A stretch of 64,000 nucleotides of DNA from Bispira polyomma (lineage: Eukaryota): NCBI GenBank assembly GCA_965649765.1, contig OZ287754.1, positions 35,774,001 to 35,838,000 of the forward strand, given 5' to 3'. Under the pieces are notes generated by a model, which saw only the letters and a list, made by a program, of their open reading frames with translations, did not search any database and was not told where the DNA came from. A program made the translations under genes and the position numbers. This document shows positions 46,790 through 61,200 of the stretch, piece by piece (position 1 is the first letter of the stretch; each line of letters begins with the position of its first letter).

Positions 46790-47830
46790 TGTATACATTA
46801 GTGGATTAATTTCAAATGCAATTCTATAAAGTTCTGAATTTGTCCATCGTTGTAGTTTTCTAATCTCTTCACAATCTTTTTCATGGTATATCCTGCAAAG
46901 GTATACAGATAAAGCAATGCACAATAGTGTCCACAGGCCATTGGAAATGGAATTTGTAAGTGAATATTGCTCAAGTACAATTTCTTGTAAACGCTGGAAA
47001 AACTGTGTGAATTATTTGAAGAGAGGTTGTAATCCATAGGAGTTGAAGTATAGACTATCACCTTGCTCAATGATACTTGGCACTTGGATCAGGTGACTCT
47101 CTTTAGCTAGTTCCTTTCTTTTTTGGTATCCGTTATCAGTGTTATCAGAGGAAAAGTTTTTACTGTATTTGTACCAAACCAGTTGACTTTCTTTACTCTC
47201 TGTAGCAATACTTAGAACAGATTCTATATATGACATGCAAGGGTAAGTGTTGTTGATGGTAGTCACTAAAGTGTCTTTCAAGGTGATATCCATCTGACTA
47301 AATAAGGGGTGCAGCCAAAAATTCATTAGAGCTACTGCTGCTGTGCCAACTAAATTGGTGCCGTCTCAGTTTACAATTCTGGTTTTGACATTAATAATAC
47401 TGTTTTTTAGATCAATGTAGTCAGAATGTATTTTAGCTATCTTAAATTCAATGGTATCACTGTTGTTTTTCACTGTTGTCACAGGACCATATTCGACACA
47501 TAATCCCTTTTCAATTCTGGTTGGAGTTAGGGGTACAGCAAACAAATCAAATTTCTTCGCATTACAAGGGGTGTATCAGGGCAGGGTTTAGGAGTATATA
47601 TCTCTTTTTCTCCTTTTTCGTTGAGGTTCTCTTTCTTTGAACACTTTGGATAAAATGACACGTCGTTTGTGAGGGACGTCTCTGTTATGCCTTCCAAGTA
47701 ATCAGGTACCAAACCTACTCCTATTGTCAAGCCCTTCTCACCCAATGACTTTTCCAAAGCTATTTGAACAATACCTTTAAACAAGCTACGCAAGCCATGG
47801 TCCCCCTGATATCTCGACCTTGAACTCCTG
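46790..47830 (-). pseudogene. Maverick/Polinton remnant: core-like protein, major capsid fragment, adenain-type cysteine protease fragment
   Basis: YQGDHGLRSLFKG (GxG core-protein-like), LHPLFSQMDITL..NNTYP..YIESVL..KESQL (capsid-like), ACGHYCALL (protease-like). Confidence 0.65.
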
Positions 47831-48139
47831 GTAGAACATTTCCAGCTTGACAGGTATAATATTTATTGTAAGCCTCATGTGTAGAATTATTGCAGCAGTA
47901 GTCTTTGTGCTTAAATTTTGATGAAAGTGTCACAAATGGGGTGATTTCATCTGTGTCGTTCTTTGAATTGATTCTCCTGATGTAACATTTGCTCCAGATT
48001 ACACCAATTTACACCAAACTACAACAGTTTTGTCCAGATCACACAAGTTTTAAGCAGTTAAAGCCCAGTTTACACTAGCTCTAAACAGTTTAAGCCCCGT
48101 TTTTGCCTCGACCACACCTATTTTGTCCAGTTCACTCAA

Positions 48140-48770
48140 GATGTGCTTACAGAGCCGACCAGATATCTCAACCATCATACAATATTGGGTGATCTTTGCC
48201 AAACTCAAACTTAATCCTGACAAAACTGAATACATACATACATGGCAGTAAAAGCAGGATAAAGTCAAATCACTGTTTCCTATAAAACCCCTCGGCCTGT
48301 ACTGCCAGCTTATTAAGTTAAGAACTTAGTTGTTAATTTTGACTACAATACAGTCAATACAGTCGATTGGACTACCTCAACTTCTTTGTAAAAGGTTACA
48401 GTCAATACAGAATCGCTTGTGCAGAGTTTTGTGCAGTGTGGGATCTCACGTCAGTACGACTCCTTTTTGAAAAGGTTCTATTGTCTACCCATCAAGTACT
48501 CCTCATATTCAAGACCAACGTCACCACATACAAAGCTACCAACTTTTGTTAGCCGCCATATCTTGCCATATTGCTGTCTTTTAGCAGGCTTTCTAGGGAA
48601 AACAGAATCTAAGTTTCTGATACCAGAACCAGTAAACAGATTTGTTCTCTTCATCCTTGCTTACCCTCAATAGAAATCTTTCTCGTTTAGGTCACCTCTT
48701 CGATCACGAATTTGCATTGGAAACAGACTATAATTTTAACAACTTTGTCAATGATGTTCCGCTTTAAAGG
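48140..48770 (+). pseudogene. Degraded L2-like LINE fragment
   Basis: KLKLNPDKTEY and downstream similarity to 52017-52700. Confidence 0.55.
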
Positions 48771-48832
48771 ATGCCTGGCAAAATTGGGCGCGTTCAAATT
48801 CTATCATATCATGTTACTTAAACTTGATTTAA

Positions 48833-48937
48833 GGTTGTTCGCTACCATTTTTTTACCCAAAAAATAAATTTCAATATATTTTTATGAAAATTGCAGAAAA
48901 TGGGCTTTGTTAAATTTTCTATTGGAAATGATGTGTC
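48833..48937 (-). mobile_element. Terminal fragment of the same MITE family as 41776-42346
   Basis: TTAA-GGTTGTTCGCTACCATTTT; reverse complement of about 42240-42346. Confidence 0.7.
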
Positions 48938-48990
48938 CCTTTAAGTATTGTATACACTAACAGTTTGCATAGCTTGTCCTCTGTCGAATT

Positions 48991-48992
<2 letters not shown>

Positions 48993-49069
<77 letters not shown>
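48993..49069. repeat. (AT)n microsatellite
   Basis: Perfect dinucleotide run. Confidence 0.98.
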
Positions 49070-49072
<3 letters not shown>

Positions 49073-49315
49073 CTGTTTTGTTTTACTAATAAGAACTCAG
49101 CTGGTAGCTGGATATAAAACTTTGCAAATAATTGGAAATGAAAGCAACAAAACTAAAACATGAGGGAAACGTTTGATTATGTGCCAGAGACAATATGAAA
49201 TATTCATGTATGGATTAAGGAATATCAACTGCATTCTGTTGACAATCTCGTTTGGGGTAGCAATGATTGCAAATGAGCATTAAATCATGACATGTTTCCG
49301 CAAAATGCATTTAGA

Positions 49316-50003
49316 ACAAGATAGCCGTCAGAGACTGCAAAACCTTAATATATGAAGTAAGGTGTACTTTACTTTTTAATATGAAGTTAGGATTATTGTG
49401 TTGAATATAAACACCATCATTTCTATATAACTTTTAGAAGAGTAATGTAACACAAAAATGGGGTCTATATTCAACACAATAACCCTAATTTCATATTTTG
49501 AAGTAAAGTACACCTTACATGCAATAAAATGGACCGTTTACTCCATAAATTACATCGGGATGTACACTACCATTAGTGCTAGTTTGTATATTGGGGTAAT
49601 ATATGGAGTATATATATTAAATATATACTCCATTTCTATTTAATTTTTAGAAATATTTACTTATCGTCATTTTTGTGTTGTGTTGATGACATGATGATAT
49701 TTCGTATACATCCCCAATCTTGGAGTCGGTGTAGTTTCGGTTTGCCGATTGCTGTTTTCGTTTCTTGCATATGGTGCAGAAGTAAACAGATTTTCAGTAG
49801 TAGAAAAAAGGAATCTTCATGTTAAAACTACAGTGCACAACCGATTTGTATGAAATTTCGCACAAATGTAGAGGTCCCCATTTTAAAACATATCTGTAAA
49901 TTTTAATTCATTTGATATGGTAGATTTTGTGTATTATTACTTAATATACACACACAAACACACAGACCAAAAACAATAACCTCTTCCAAAGGGCGAGGTT
50001 AAT
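49316..50003 (+). mobile_element. Possible Helentron-associated non-autonomous element (HINE-like)
   Basis: 5' ACAAGATAGCCGTCAGAGAC, a 3' (AC)n stretch, and terminal hairpin TAACCTC...GAGGTTA. Confidence 0.4.
49357..49518. repeat. Fold-back element / small MITE with about 55-bp arms
   Basis: GTAAGGTGTACTTTAC...TGTGTTGAATATA and its reverse complement; TA-flanked AGGTGTAC termini. Confidence 0.75.
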
Positions 50004-51479
50004 TAGCCAACATACACATGGTCATAGTTGTACATTAGTATGCAAATCAATATTATTTTAATCATATAGATGCTCCCATTGCACAACCCAATTTCGAGAG
50101 TTTCAGGGTTTATATCTTTAGTGCTTACCTTTAATTTCCATTTGCAGAAGCAGGAAGAAAAATGTTTAAATTTAATCGACCTAACTGCAGTTGAAATTTG
50201 AAAAAAAAACATAAAGGTTTTCTTACGCTGTAGTAAAAAAAGTCAGAAAACTGTCAAAAAAACCAAGGTTTGCTGAACTTCCCTGGCCCATATGTTGGCC
50301 TCCTTTATTCTTTGCCCTGCAGCTGGGAGGTCAGAAGTCGGCTACAAAAACAATCAGTAATTAGTGTCTACTGCACTATAGTGTTTATTATTTTAAGTAC
50401 TCAAAAATCTTTTTTGAGGCTTGCTTTATGGTTCCATTTCTATACTTTCTACAGCTGTTGTTCAGAATATGTCAAGTATGTGCAAGATATGGCGTAGCTT
50501 TTATCTATTTGATCCAATTTGGATCACTGTATTACTGTGAGGATAAAGGTGACTTCTAGTGGTGTCTGCAAGGAGTGACTTTCAAACTAGAGTTTACCTT
50601 CTTACCTAACCATACATATCTAGGCACTCGGTATGTTTTGTTACTTTAAACTCTATTTATTTATACATAGGGACATCATTATTTATATACCAGGGTTACT
50701 TAACAAAGTAGAAAAAACACATCAACATTTGTAAACGTAACAAGTGTCCTAATGTATACAAAGCAATGTTCAAACTCCCTTAAAGGAAATCCCTAATTAA
50801 ACTGCAGGATCCCTAAGATTGGATTATATTCCCTTTTATGTTTTGGCACAAATACATGTATAAACAGAAGAGCCGATTACTTTTTTGCGTCCGTGCTTCC
50901 ATTACACAGTATTACAGGACATAGTTCATGTATCCAGTGCTTAATACATCAATTACAGGGAGAAGTAGCCTCTTCAAATTTCGTTCTGGATACTATATAA
51001 TCAAGCACTACACAAAGTTGGTAGTACCAGGTTTTTATGTATTAAATAGGTATATTTTTAAATATATGCCCTTTGGGACCAAGAAATTATTTTCACACAA
51101 GATTAAAAGTGGTTTTAAAATGACACTTCTTCCTCGCCAGAAAACCTCTGGGACTAGATAAAGAATAACATTTGGGGTTTATTCTCCAAGCAATCTTTCT
51201 TTGTTCCTTTATTAGTTTACGAAAGATATAGGTAATAAAAGTTCATGTCTGATTGACCATCAAATATTCTTCTTGTGCTAAATTAATTGCTTGTTTTATT
51301 TTAAGTCACAATTATACCGACATACATGCCAAGTAAATACCATACACGGTATCCCAAGTCACTCCCCCCATGCACATATCGAAAATTGAAAAATCAATGG
51401 TTATGTTTTACGACGAACAGTTGGGGGGGGGGGGGGGGGGGGCAGGAAGGCACTGCCCCCTGGAAATACATCCACTTGA

Positions 51480-52860
51480 GGCATTTGGCAAAACAAATAA
51501 CAGAACATATCAACAAAAATGGTTTAGGTAATCTCCTGCAGTCTGCTTATAAACAGGGCTATTCCACTGAAACAGCTCTTCTGTACATCAAAAATGAAGT
51601 GCATATATCTCTTTCAAAAGGTGAACCTACAGCACTTGTCCTCCTCGACCTGTCGGCAGCTTTCGATACTATTGATCATGCTACCTTGCTTGAATACTTA
51701 TCGTCCTGGTTGGGCTTTCATGGTACAGCTCTCGAATGGTTCACTTCATATCTCTCAAATCAATTTCAGTCTGTCAAAATAGGCTCCACTCTATCGCAGT
51801 TGTTTAAGCTTGAGTTTTGTGTTCCACAAGGGTCAGTTCTAGACCCTATCTTGTTTTTTTTTGTACACTACTCCACTCAGCTATATCATCAACAAACAGC
51901 AATATCAAGTACAACTTTTATGCTGATGACACACAGCTGTAAGCTCATCTCTCATATAAAAATGCCACAACTGTTCTCAACAGTCTAAAAGTTGTCTCAG
52001 TGATGTTCAAAAATGGATGTTTGCCAACAAGCTTAAATTAAACCCGGACAAGACTGAGTTTATACTATTCGAATCAAGAGCACAGGCTGATAGATTTAAG
52101 GATTTCTTCCCAGTCATTATTTTAGGAAACATAGTGTACCCTGCAAGTGCTGTCAAGAACCTGGGGGTGTGGCTTGATTTAACGTTTCCTTCTCCAAACA
52201 AGTTCATAAAGTTTGCAAGTCTTGCTTCATCCAAATGAGGGGTCTGAGAAGGGTGAGGCGCTATTTGTCAGCCAGTACTGCTACTATAGTCGCAAATGCC
52301 CTGGTTACAAGTCGTCTTGACTACTGCAATTCTCTTTATAGAAGTTTATCTAACGCTGACATCCATAAGTTGCAATGCATCCAAAACTCATTAGCCAGAC
52401 TGGTGGCCAACCATTCCAAGTACTCTTGTGTTACTCCGGTCTTAAGATGTCTCCACTGGTTACCCATTGAGTTTAGATGTATGCTCAAAACAGCCACCTT
52501 AGTCTACAAATTCTTAAATTATGGCCTTCCAACATACTGGAATCCATACCTAACACTTTACACATGCAGTCATAATACCAGAAGGAGCAGACCGGAAAAA
52601 AGTTACCTGACTGTTCCAAGATTTATCTCAGCAGTACACAAATCAAAACGTCAGTTTAACAATAGCTTCGCCCATGATGCTCCAACACTTTGGAATGAAT
52701 TACCTGCTGAAATTCATTGTGCAACCTCACTTACATCCTTTAGAGAAAAACTTAAAACCTACTTATTCGACAAGGCTTTTCCACCATAGCCCTAAATTCA
52801 CCCGGCATCTCCATGGTGCTGACCCATGCTTCAGTATGTCAGTATACTTCTTGTCGTGAA
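51480..52860 (+). mobile_element. 5'-truncated L2-clade LINE (RT and C-terminus, frameshifted)
   Basis: QSAYKQGYSTETALL, LLDLSAAFDT, VPQGSVL, YADD, LKLNPDKTE, SRLDYCNS, LHWLP, KLKTYLF. Confidence 0.9.
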
Positions 52861-52902
52861 GGGTTTTTATGAGCATTTTTCAACAACAGCTCAGAAATAG
52901 TC

Positions 52903-53761
52903 TTTAGATGTTTTGGGTGGCCCTGAAAAGGGCCTTTCCATGTTGGTCCCCACCGGGATTCATGAAGGAGTAGGAGCAGGAGGAGAAGAGGTTGGCGTCT
53001 ACTCATCGGGGTCTTAGTGCTGGCTAGTGCCTGAGTACTTGGGACATCTTTGGTGGTGGTCTGGATTAAGAGGTGAGAACGTATCAGGAGTGTCTATGTT
53101 CTGGTAGCTGAGATTGTCAGTCACTGACTCAAAACCTCTGAGGAGAGATGAGACTGTCGAGACCTTCAGTAAGTCTGATACTCCTTCTACTGACGATGGG
53201 TTTGTGTACTGGTGGCTGGTGCTGGCTGCAGATGTTGAACTAAATGGTGCAGTGTGTGGCCCCTGGACTGTTGACTTTGGCCTGACAGGTGAGGGCTTAA
53301 TAGGTTGTGGCACTCTTTGCTGGGGTTACTGGTAGATTTACTGCGGTTGTTGCTGTTGAGGTACAAACGTTGGTAGAGCCATCTAGTATTGCATCTGGGG
53401 TTGTGCCTGGTACTGCTGAGGCTGCTGGAACTGTGGCACTCGCCTCAGGGTTCAGGGTTGGTCTGGCACAGATGTTTAGATGTTTTGGGTGACACTGAAA
53501 AGGGCCTTTTGGTGTTGGTCCCCAATGGAATCTATGAAGGAGGAGGAGGAAAGGCTGGCGTCTACATATCGGTGGTCGTAGTGCTGGTGCTGGCTTGTGC
53601 CTGAGTACTTGGGACATCTTTGGTTGGGGGTTCATGGTGGAATCCATTTGCTGGCGATCTGGATTAAGAGGTGAGAACATATCAAGAGTGTCTATGTTCT
53701 GGTAGCTGAGATTGTCAGTCACTGACTCAAGACCTCTGAGGAGTGATGAGGCTGTCGAGAC
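52903..53761. repeat. Diverged direct repeat (about 52903-53163 and 53475-53761), low-complexity minus-strand coding remnant
   Basis: Shared TTTAGATGTTTTGGGTG...CTGTCGAGAC. Both copies encode TDNLSYQNIDT. Confidence 0.75.
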
Positions 53762-53919
53762 TAATACAGGACTGCTAAGCCAATGCTATCAAGACCCTAT
53801 ATACCTCTTTTGGGGTCTAAAACTCATGCAACATTGAGTAATAAATTGAGTACAATGCCAGCAATCGACAAGAGAGAATGTATGAAAAGACTAGGTAATT
53901 TTTTGTGTTTTTTTTTGTT

Positions 53920-54960
53920 ACAAATATGCTTCCTCGTGGTCAAACTACGACAAGAAAGAGAAAAGGCTCAGGCTCCCACAAGAGAAGACCACCACCTGCC
54001 CCTTGGGCTCCCCAGGAGAAGGTCCGACCTCCAAGAATGTCATTTCTCCAGTGGATTAAGCCCTGGAACGACAGAAGAGAGGCCCTTGGATATTACAGCA
54101 ACTTAATGCAATAGTTACAGGAAGGAGATGGACCTGAATACAGGAACTTTTTCAGTTTACCTCAAGATCTATTCCTGGAAATCAAGAGAGGATCACACCA
54201 TATGTTAAGGAAACTACAACCTTTTACAGAAAGCCCTTCCATGTGAGATTCAAACTGGCAGTCGCCTTGAGGCACCTGGCCACTGGGGAGAGTTACAGTT
54301 ACTTGTCATACCAATTCAGGGTGGGGAGATCGACAATCAACAAGTTTGTCCGAGAGATCTTAAAGGCTATTAACCAAGAACACGAAACTGATGTATTTTG
54401 AAACAGATGGAAGATCCCCTTAGACTGGCAGTAAATTTTAAAACTACAAAGGATTCCATTCAATTGTACTTTTAGCCCTGGTTAATGGTGACTACAGATT
54501 TGTTTGGGCAGACATTGGCTGCAGTGGTTCCTTGTCTGATGCTTAAATGTTTAACCATTGAAAATTTGGAAGAAGGATCCATCAAGCTGCCCAGACCTGA
54601 ACCACTGTTTGAAGAATCCACATGTGATGTCAACTACTCTCTACTGGGGAAGACGCCTTATTCCAGGAGAGCACTTAATAACAATCAAAGGATATGCAAC
54701 TACTGAATATCCATGAATGTCGTTGAGTATGCCTTTGGAATATTGGTAAGCAGGTTCCGGGTTCTACTGATAACTATGTAACAACATCATTTAGTGGCCT
54801 TAAACATTACGGAGCACTGGAGCACCCAAATCAACAAGATCATTCGCCTGGGCCTGAGGAGCAGCTGGTGGGGGTCCCATTGCCCGATGAGAACAGAAAT
54901 CCATCTAGACGGGCAAAGGAGCAAAGGAACCCAAGCCCATGTCAGAATGATAGAGTATGA
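53920..54960 (+). pseudogene. PIF/Harbinger DDE transposase remnant
   Basis: KLAVALRHLATGESYSYLSYQFRVGRSTINKFV and VVEYAFGILVSRFRVLL. Confidence 0.8.
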
Positions 54961-55949
54961 AGCTTGACCTAATCCTGACCTGAGCCTCACCACCTGAGCC
55001 TGATGAGAAGGCACCCCGAGCCTGTGAAGTTGCAGTAACCTAAAAAGGTCCTTTTTAGGACCACCCAAATATTCCAAGAACAATTATAAAACTTTTTGTT
55101 ACACCTCTCACCTCCTTACCCAATCACATCTCACACTTCATAAGGTTCAAACCCAGTACCCATACATGTAATATTTTTGCCTCAACCATGGAAACATAGT
55201 AGATTTCAACCCAACGTGAAATATTTTAGATGCCAAAACACACACTGAAGAAAGAAACCCCTTACTGAAATATATTCGAACCCAAGGCCTTTCACTGACA
55301 TTATAAATTCCTACTGTGGGCCCCATTAATATGTAATCCAAAGATTCCCCAGCAATAGATAGATTATGGGCCATTGAATGTTAAAGATCAGTTTTTAAAC
55401 TTTGTCATTTGTGTGACCACTTGTTTGGGGAAAAATCTGGGTTCAAACCCTAAAAGTGGTGTGACCACTTGTTTTGAAGAGGATCATTTCAGGAAAAGAT
55501 TTATTTTGTCGATAAGAAACTCTTTATATTGCACAACTGTCAAAATATGAGGTTACAAATAGATTCTCCTTTTTTTCTAAATTATTTCTAAATCATTTCT
55601 TTTCTCTTAGCCTTTTTTTAAAGTTACAATTTGCCAAAAAATAGGGGCGTTTTATTTCAATTTGGTAATTGATCGGGCTTTTTATTTCTAGGGATAACAC
55701 TGTTACTGGGACATTTACTGTTATTAAATTATCACTTTGGGGTTTGAACTCTGGGCCAGTGGTTTATAATTTTTTTTGTGTATGTGTCTGAATTGTATTT
55801 GGTGGGGACAGTACAATCTGTTAGTTTTGATTTTTTTGGGGGGGTTTGAACTCTAGGCCAGTGATTTTTTAATGTATGTGTGAATTGTTTTGAGGGGACA
55901 GTGTAACCTGTTTTTCGGGATTTTCAACAAAATAGCTCAAACAATGTTC

Positions 55950-57098
55950 TTAGAACATTCAGATGGCCCTAAAAAGGGCCGGAGGTTTACGACGAATGGC
56001 AGTCTGAAAAAGGACCGCAAGGAGATTGCTGACTGGCTTCTGCAGTGGTGGTGTTAGTGGTAAAGGTGGCTGTGACTGTGAAGCGAGTGGGGTGGTTGTA
56101 GGTTACGTGTTGCAAGCTGTTGCTGATCACTAACTAAGGGTAGGTCACGTGTTCTAAGCCAAGGTTGAAGCTGAGGCACGTAGGTTAAAACTGCAGGTGG
56201 CTCGGACTGTGTAAAACTGGGGGTGGTCCTCACAAAAGCACCACGCGGCTGACTTCTATCACACTGTATCTTGCTGAGGGTGGCAAATGTCTCGTTCCTG
56301 AATGTCTAAAAATCTCCATCATCCAACTTCTCAGCCTCCGCCGCCAGGTACTGAAAAAAAGCCGCCCTGTTGGCCTTCGGCTTCTCAGGCTTCTGAGTCT
56401 CTACCACAAAGCTGGACATCATGGTCCGCATCTGTTCAAGGTCTTCAATCAGCTGGGTGCTAATGTCAGAGCCTTGATGGGGTGGAGAAGATCTATGACT
56501 ACTCCTGAGAATTGTCTCTGCGGCGCTTTCTCCACCTATGCTTGAACACCTGGACAAGTTGTAGATCTCTGTCTCTGTGGTGAAGCTCTTTGGGGTGAGG
56601 TAACACTTGGCTTGATAGCCAACGACTTCACATGACAAACTATGTGAGAGCCCAGGAAGGCAAAATAGCTGAGTAGCCAGTTCTCACGCTCTGTAAAATC
56701 TGTGGCTGCTTGTTCTGACCTCTTTACTATGAGCCTGCCGAATGGGTGCACTGCGACTCAAACCAGGTCTTCACTTCTGACACCTTCAGACCACGAGTGG
56801 TAGCGAACTCATCCCAGAGCCACTCCTTGAATGACCGGTCCATAAACTGTTCATTACACTTGTTGTACAAAACTTTGTTGTCACGGACAAAATCAATCAC
56901 CAACTTCTCATCTGCCTCTGTCAGGATCGCATGTACCATCTTCCTGGTCTTCTTAACTCTCCCTCTGTATTGTGACAACGACTCCGTAGAACCCTCTCTG
57001 TCACTCTTCTCACTGGGTACTGGACTTGCCCTCTGATCCTTCTTCTCGCTCTGTCCCTCTATCTCATCTAAAGAAACTCCAACGTCAAATCTCTTCAC
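55950..57098 (-). pseudogene. Harbinger accessory MADF/Myb-SANT protein remnant, convergent with the transposase
   Basis: LVIDFVRDNKVLYNK..KEWLW..VKTWFESQ (MADF-like) and RENWLLSYFAFL. Confidence 0.75.
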
Positions 57099-57499
57099 TT
57101 TCTTTCCTGTTGGCTTTGTTGATGTTGTGTATATAAAAAACCTAACTGTAAAATAGTCCTAAGCTCAACTATATAGAATATTAAAAACAATAAAAATCCT
57201 CTCTACTAAAAAACACAACACGATGCACCAGCCAGCAATCTCCTGATCATCGAGTCCCACATTTTTTATACCAGAACACCGTGAAAAGCCCCGGTGCGAC
57301 CCTATTGGTCGGGAGTGAATACATCAGATCCTACTGGGTGTAAGTTCAATCATATGATTCCCCCTGGCAGATCCGATAGACAATACGTCCTGTCCTACTC
57401 TGGCCAGTTCGATCGGGGTAATAAAATGTCTCCAATTTTTGACGGGGTAACAGTAAGTTTGATCAACGCGCAATACGTCAGATCGGGATATGACTAAAT

Positions 57500-57757
57500 T
57501 TTATCCTAATACTGGCCCTTTCTGTCCTACCCAAAAGAGAGCAAAATTTAATGGGATAGAAAGGGCCAGTGTTAGGACAGGCCTGGAGTGCAATCAGACC
57601 TATCAGACAGAATTTATTGGTGAATACGATCAAACGTATTTACCAATTTTTTACGATTTTTGGGCCCAGGGAGCAAATCGGGGCACTTTTAAAAAAATAT
57701 CAAATATCATGTTAGGACAGGCCTGGAGTGCAATCAGACCTATCTGACAGAATTTTT
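57500..57757. repeat. Probable Harbinger subterminal/terminal region with inverted and direct repeats
   Basis: Inverted repeat at about 57502-57527 / 57553-57579. Direct repeat TGTTAGGACAGGCCTGGAGTGCAATCAGACCTATC at about 57569 and 57710. Confidence 0.45.
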
Positions 57758-58274
57758 TAGAACACCCACTTTTGTTACCACCATAGCTCTTTGTGTTTTT
57801 TAGTCTAATTTTCTAACTGTTGTTTTTTAAAATATGTTGAAAAATATAGAACTAGATGATTTTCTGTTAAATCCAAGATGGCCGAACATTACAGAAAGGC
57901 CATTAAAAATAGCTTCTGAAGATTTATCTTGGTGAATTAGCTTTCGGAATGCATTTAAAATTATTAAGTAGTCAGTCTCCTTGAATAGCTGTGAATATTA
58001 AATAAAGTTATAATTGTTTACTACTTTCATGAATTTTAGTTGCAACCCCATCCATTATTTTCGTTTGTACCTTAAATACTCTGTAACCAGGAAGCCGAAA
58101 ATAGTAAAACCACTCCACATGGATTTGTGGGACAAAATGTACAGATTAAATAAGTACTTTTTCTGTGGCCTTAATGGGTAAGACATGTCTATAGGGACAC
58201 AGGGGATGTTGGTATAACCCAAAGTCAGGCAGATGCAGAGTGGTCCTATCCCCAGTGACAGGGTACAGTGGAAT

Positions 58275-61200
58275 GTGTAAGTTACTGCGGGTGTAACAGC
58301 ATGACAAGTCAGTCGCAAAAAGTACTTTACTGTATATTTATCCACCACTGGTGTTGATTGACTTATGTCCAGTCAGGGTTAAGCTAGAGGAAGGTCTCTC
58401 TACTTATGTATTTACTGACCTAGCAACCAATCAGAGCTGGTCTAAGGGAAGGTTTTCCCACCTTTTTCTCATTCTTGCCATTTAATATGACCAAAGTGTC
58501 AACAAGTGATATTTTTTATTATTTTAGCAGCCATATTGGAAAAACGGAATATATAAAGTTTATTTAAGTTTTAAAGTTTTATCTGTTTTAGTGGTTTTAA
58601 AGGTATTTAAAAAACAGCAGGCCATGATGGACACTATCTTACTGTGCACTCGACAGAAAGACGTGTCTGAGCTAAAATCTAAGGATAGCGAACAAACAAT
58701 TTGTGAGGAAGTCACAGCAACCGCGGTGACCACGGCTCCAGAGGACAATTTGCAAAGTAATGTAAGTCATAACCTAGATTATGTCACTGGCCCACCTCAA
58801 TTTCCACATAAACGTATTCGGCTCACTACTACACCGAACCAACCCGCACTATCTCAGCTGCCTAGGCAGACGGTACCCTGGAAACAGTACGACTGGCACC
58901 AGGACCCTTCTACATCTGGTAACCCGTACAAAGTCGCACCTGCACTGAGGGATCCTCACTGGGGCATGCTTAATGCGACAATCAATCCAGAGAGGCAGAG
59001 TCACCCTACACCTGAACAACAGTAGACACAACACTGGACACAAGACACAGCTCGGGACATACACCCAACTACCGACATGCTATGAAACTCAGTTTTAATT
59101 CAAAGTGAAGTCAATCACAGACTTGCTTAATATGAAGCCATGGCAACGGACAACATACTGCACGGTAAGCTCTATTCTAAATAAAAGTTGGGACGATTTA
59201 ATACATCTGAAAAGTGTACCACAGATCCACAGTATAGGTGGCCAAATAAAAGTTGTATGGTGGGGTTATCTAGAAAACGTTCTCAGTATGACGATTTAAC
59301 CATATCGCAATTCGTGTCAGTTCACATCCAAAACATGCTGGAGGTAAGGAGCGCAAGTACAGGAGAGCCATGCTAAGACAGTTAGGGGACACGCTGCGCG
59401 ATGCCAGCAATATCTTGTGGCAGGTTGCAAAGGCTACATATGCCAGCAATATGCACGACTTGGAGGAGGGAAAACTCACACGGGCAGACAAAACTAAATG
59501 GAGCATGAACCAGATCTCATACTCTCGGGCTTCCATGTCAGCCTCAACCACCATTAATGCAACGAAGACCCGCATACCCTGTAGGCATTATCAGAAAAAC
59601 CAGTGTTCACATTGCGGGGATCACCAAAATGGTACGACTAGTTTTAAACATATCTGTGCAAATTGTTTTAGGATCAATAAGAGAGAAAATGCTCATCCAA
59701 AGATAAAATGTTTTAAGCTGAATGGGAAACCTCAAATGGGGGGATCAGCAAGACAATAGGACAGGGAACTGCTTATAGAAACAACTGTTAGCGGGGGGAG
59801 TGTTAACTGTTAAAGTGGTAACTGTAGCAATGATATGTTTGACGAGAACAATGACAATGAGAATAGTATAGATAACAAATTGTTTGTTTTAGGAACAGAC
59901 AATGAAATTAATTATTTAGACTATTTGAGTGAAAATAACTCAAGTGATGTGACAAGTAACACATTATGCAGCACTAGTACCAGTAACAAGGCAGTGCTAC
60001 TAAATGCCAGTATAACAGACAATGATAACCCGACATGGTTAACAGTTCATGTATATAGTAGTTGTAGTGTGAGTTACAATACTAATCCATTATATTACTT
60101 AATGTGTAAAAGTGATACTAACATTAATGGAGTATATGAATTATGTTATAATAATGTATTTCAGGTGACATTCACAAAAACAAACTATGACACAAAAGAC
60201 GTATGGCCTTTATCATACTACAAACAAACAGACGTGTTAGCACATTATACAAAATACACAGGTACTGACACACATACAGACAAAAGCAATTACACAAAGA
60301 AACGCATTGGGACAAAACACGGGAAAACAACACATGTAAGGACAAAAATAGGACAAGCAAAAAATTACATTGATATAATAGACAAACTGTGTGATGACAG
60401 TGGTAATAGTCTCTTTGCACATAACTGTTAACCAAGTACTAATGTAGAATTGGCACCCAGCCATAAACAACAGCTAGAAGACAAAACAATTGAAAACACA
60501 GAACATACGACCAGGACGGTTAACATTGAGAAAGCACAATTATATGACAACATAATTGACACAGTACTCACCAGACGGACAGCAGATAGTTTCCCAATGG
60601 CCAATCTGTATGGGAGTACTGATTTGTATAAGGTGAATCTAGACGACAATAACTACCTATTAGACAATTTAACTGAAGAACACAAAATCGACAATAAGGA
60701 CAGTGACTGCGACTTAGCTGGTAATCCAGTAATGCAATATGTATTTATCCCTCGAGATAATACAACTTTTAAGTTTATAGGTCCAAGTAGAGCCCCAGTT
60801 GATATTAAGGACTACGCTACATTGATAGAAATAGCTGACATAATTAAACAAACAGGTCAGCCAAATTACCAAAATGCACGAATCCCTATTACTATGGATC
60901 TAAATATAGACAAATGGAAACAATATTTATGTCACTATCCAGATCAGCAATTGCTGCAGTATTGGGAATATGGCTTCCCCATATCACTTTGTGAAAGAAC
61001 TCGTTTGAAAATACAAAAGGTGATAAACCATTACTCGGCTTTACAATTCCCTGAATACATTGACAAATATTTTTATAAAGAGTTGAATAATGGTACTATT
61101 AGTGGTCCTATTAGTGCATTATGAAATGATGACGTACACTTCTCTCCATTATTGACTTGTCCAAAGGACGATGGTAACAGAAGGCTCATTTTAAATTTAT

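Noticed and set aside
48948-49163. ORF with YIYIYI repeat
   Set aside because: Translation of an (AT)n microsatellite.
53014-53722. Host mucin-like or Pro/Thr-rich gene
   Set aside because: Short duplicated, disrupted frames beside Harbinger remnants; more likely the low-complexity tail of a transposon accessory gene.
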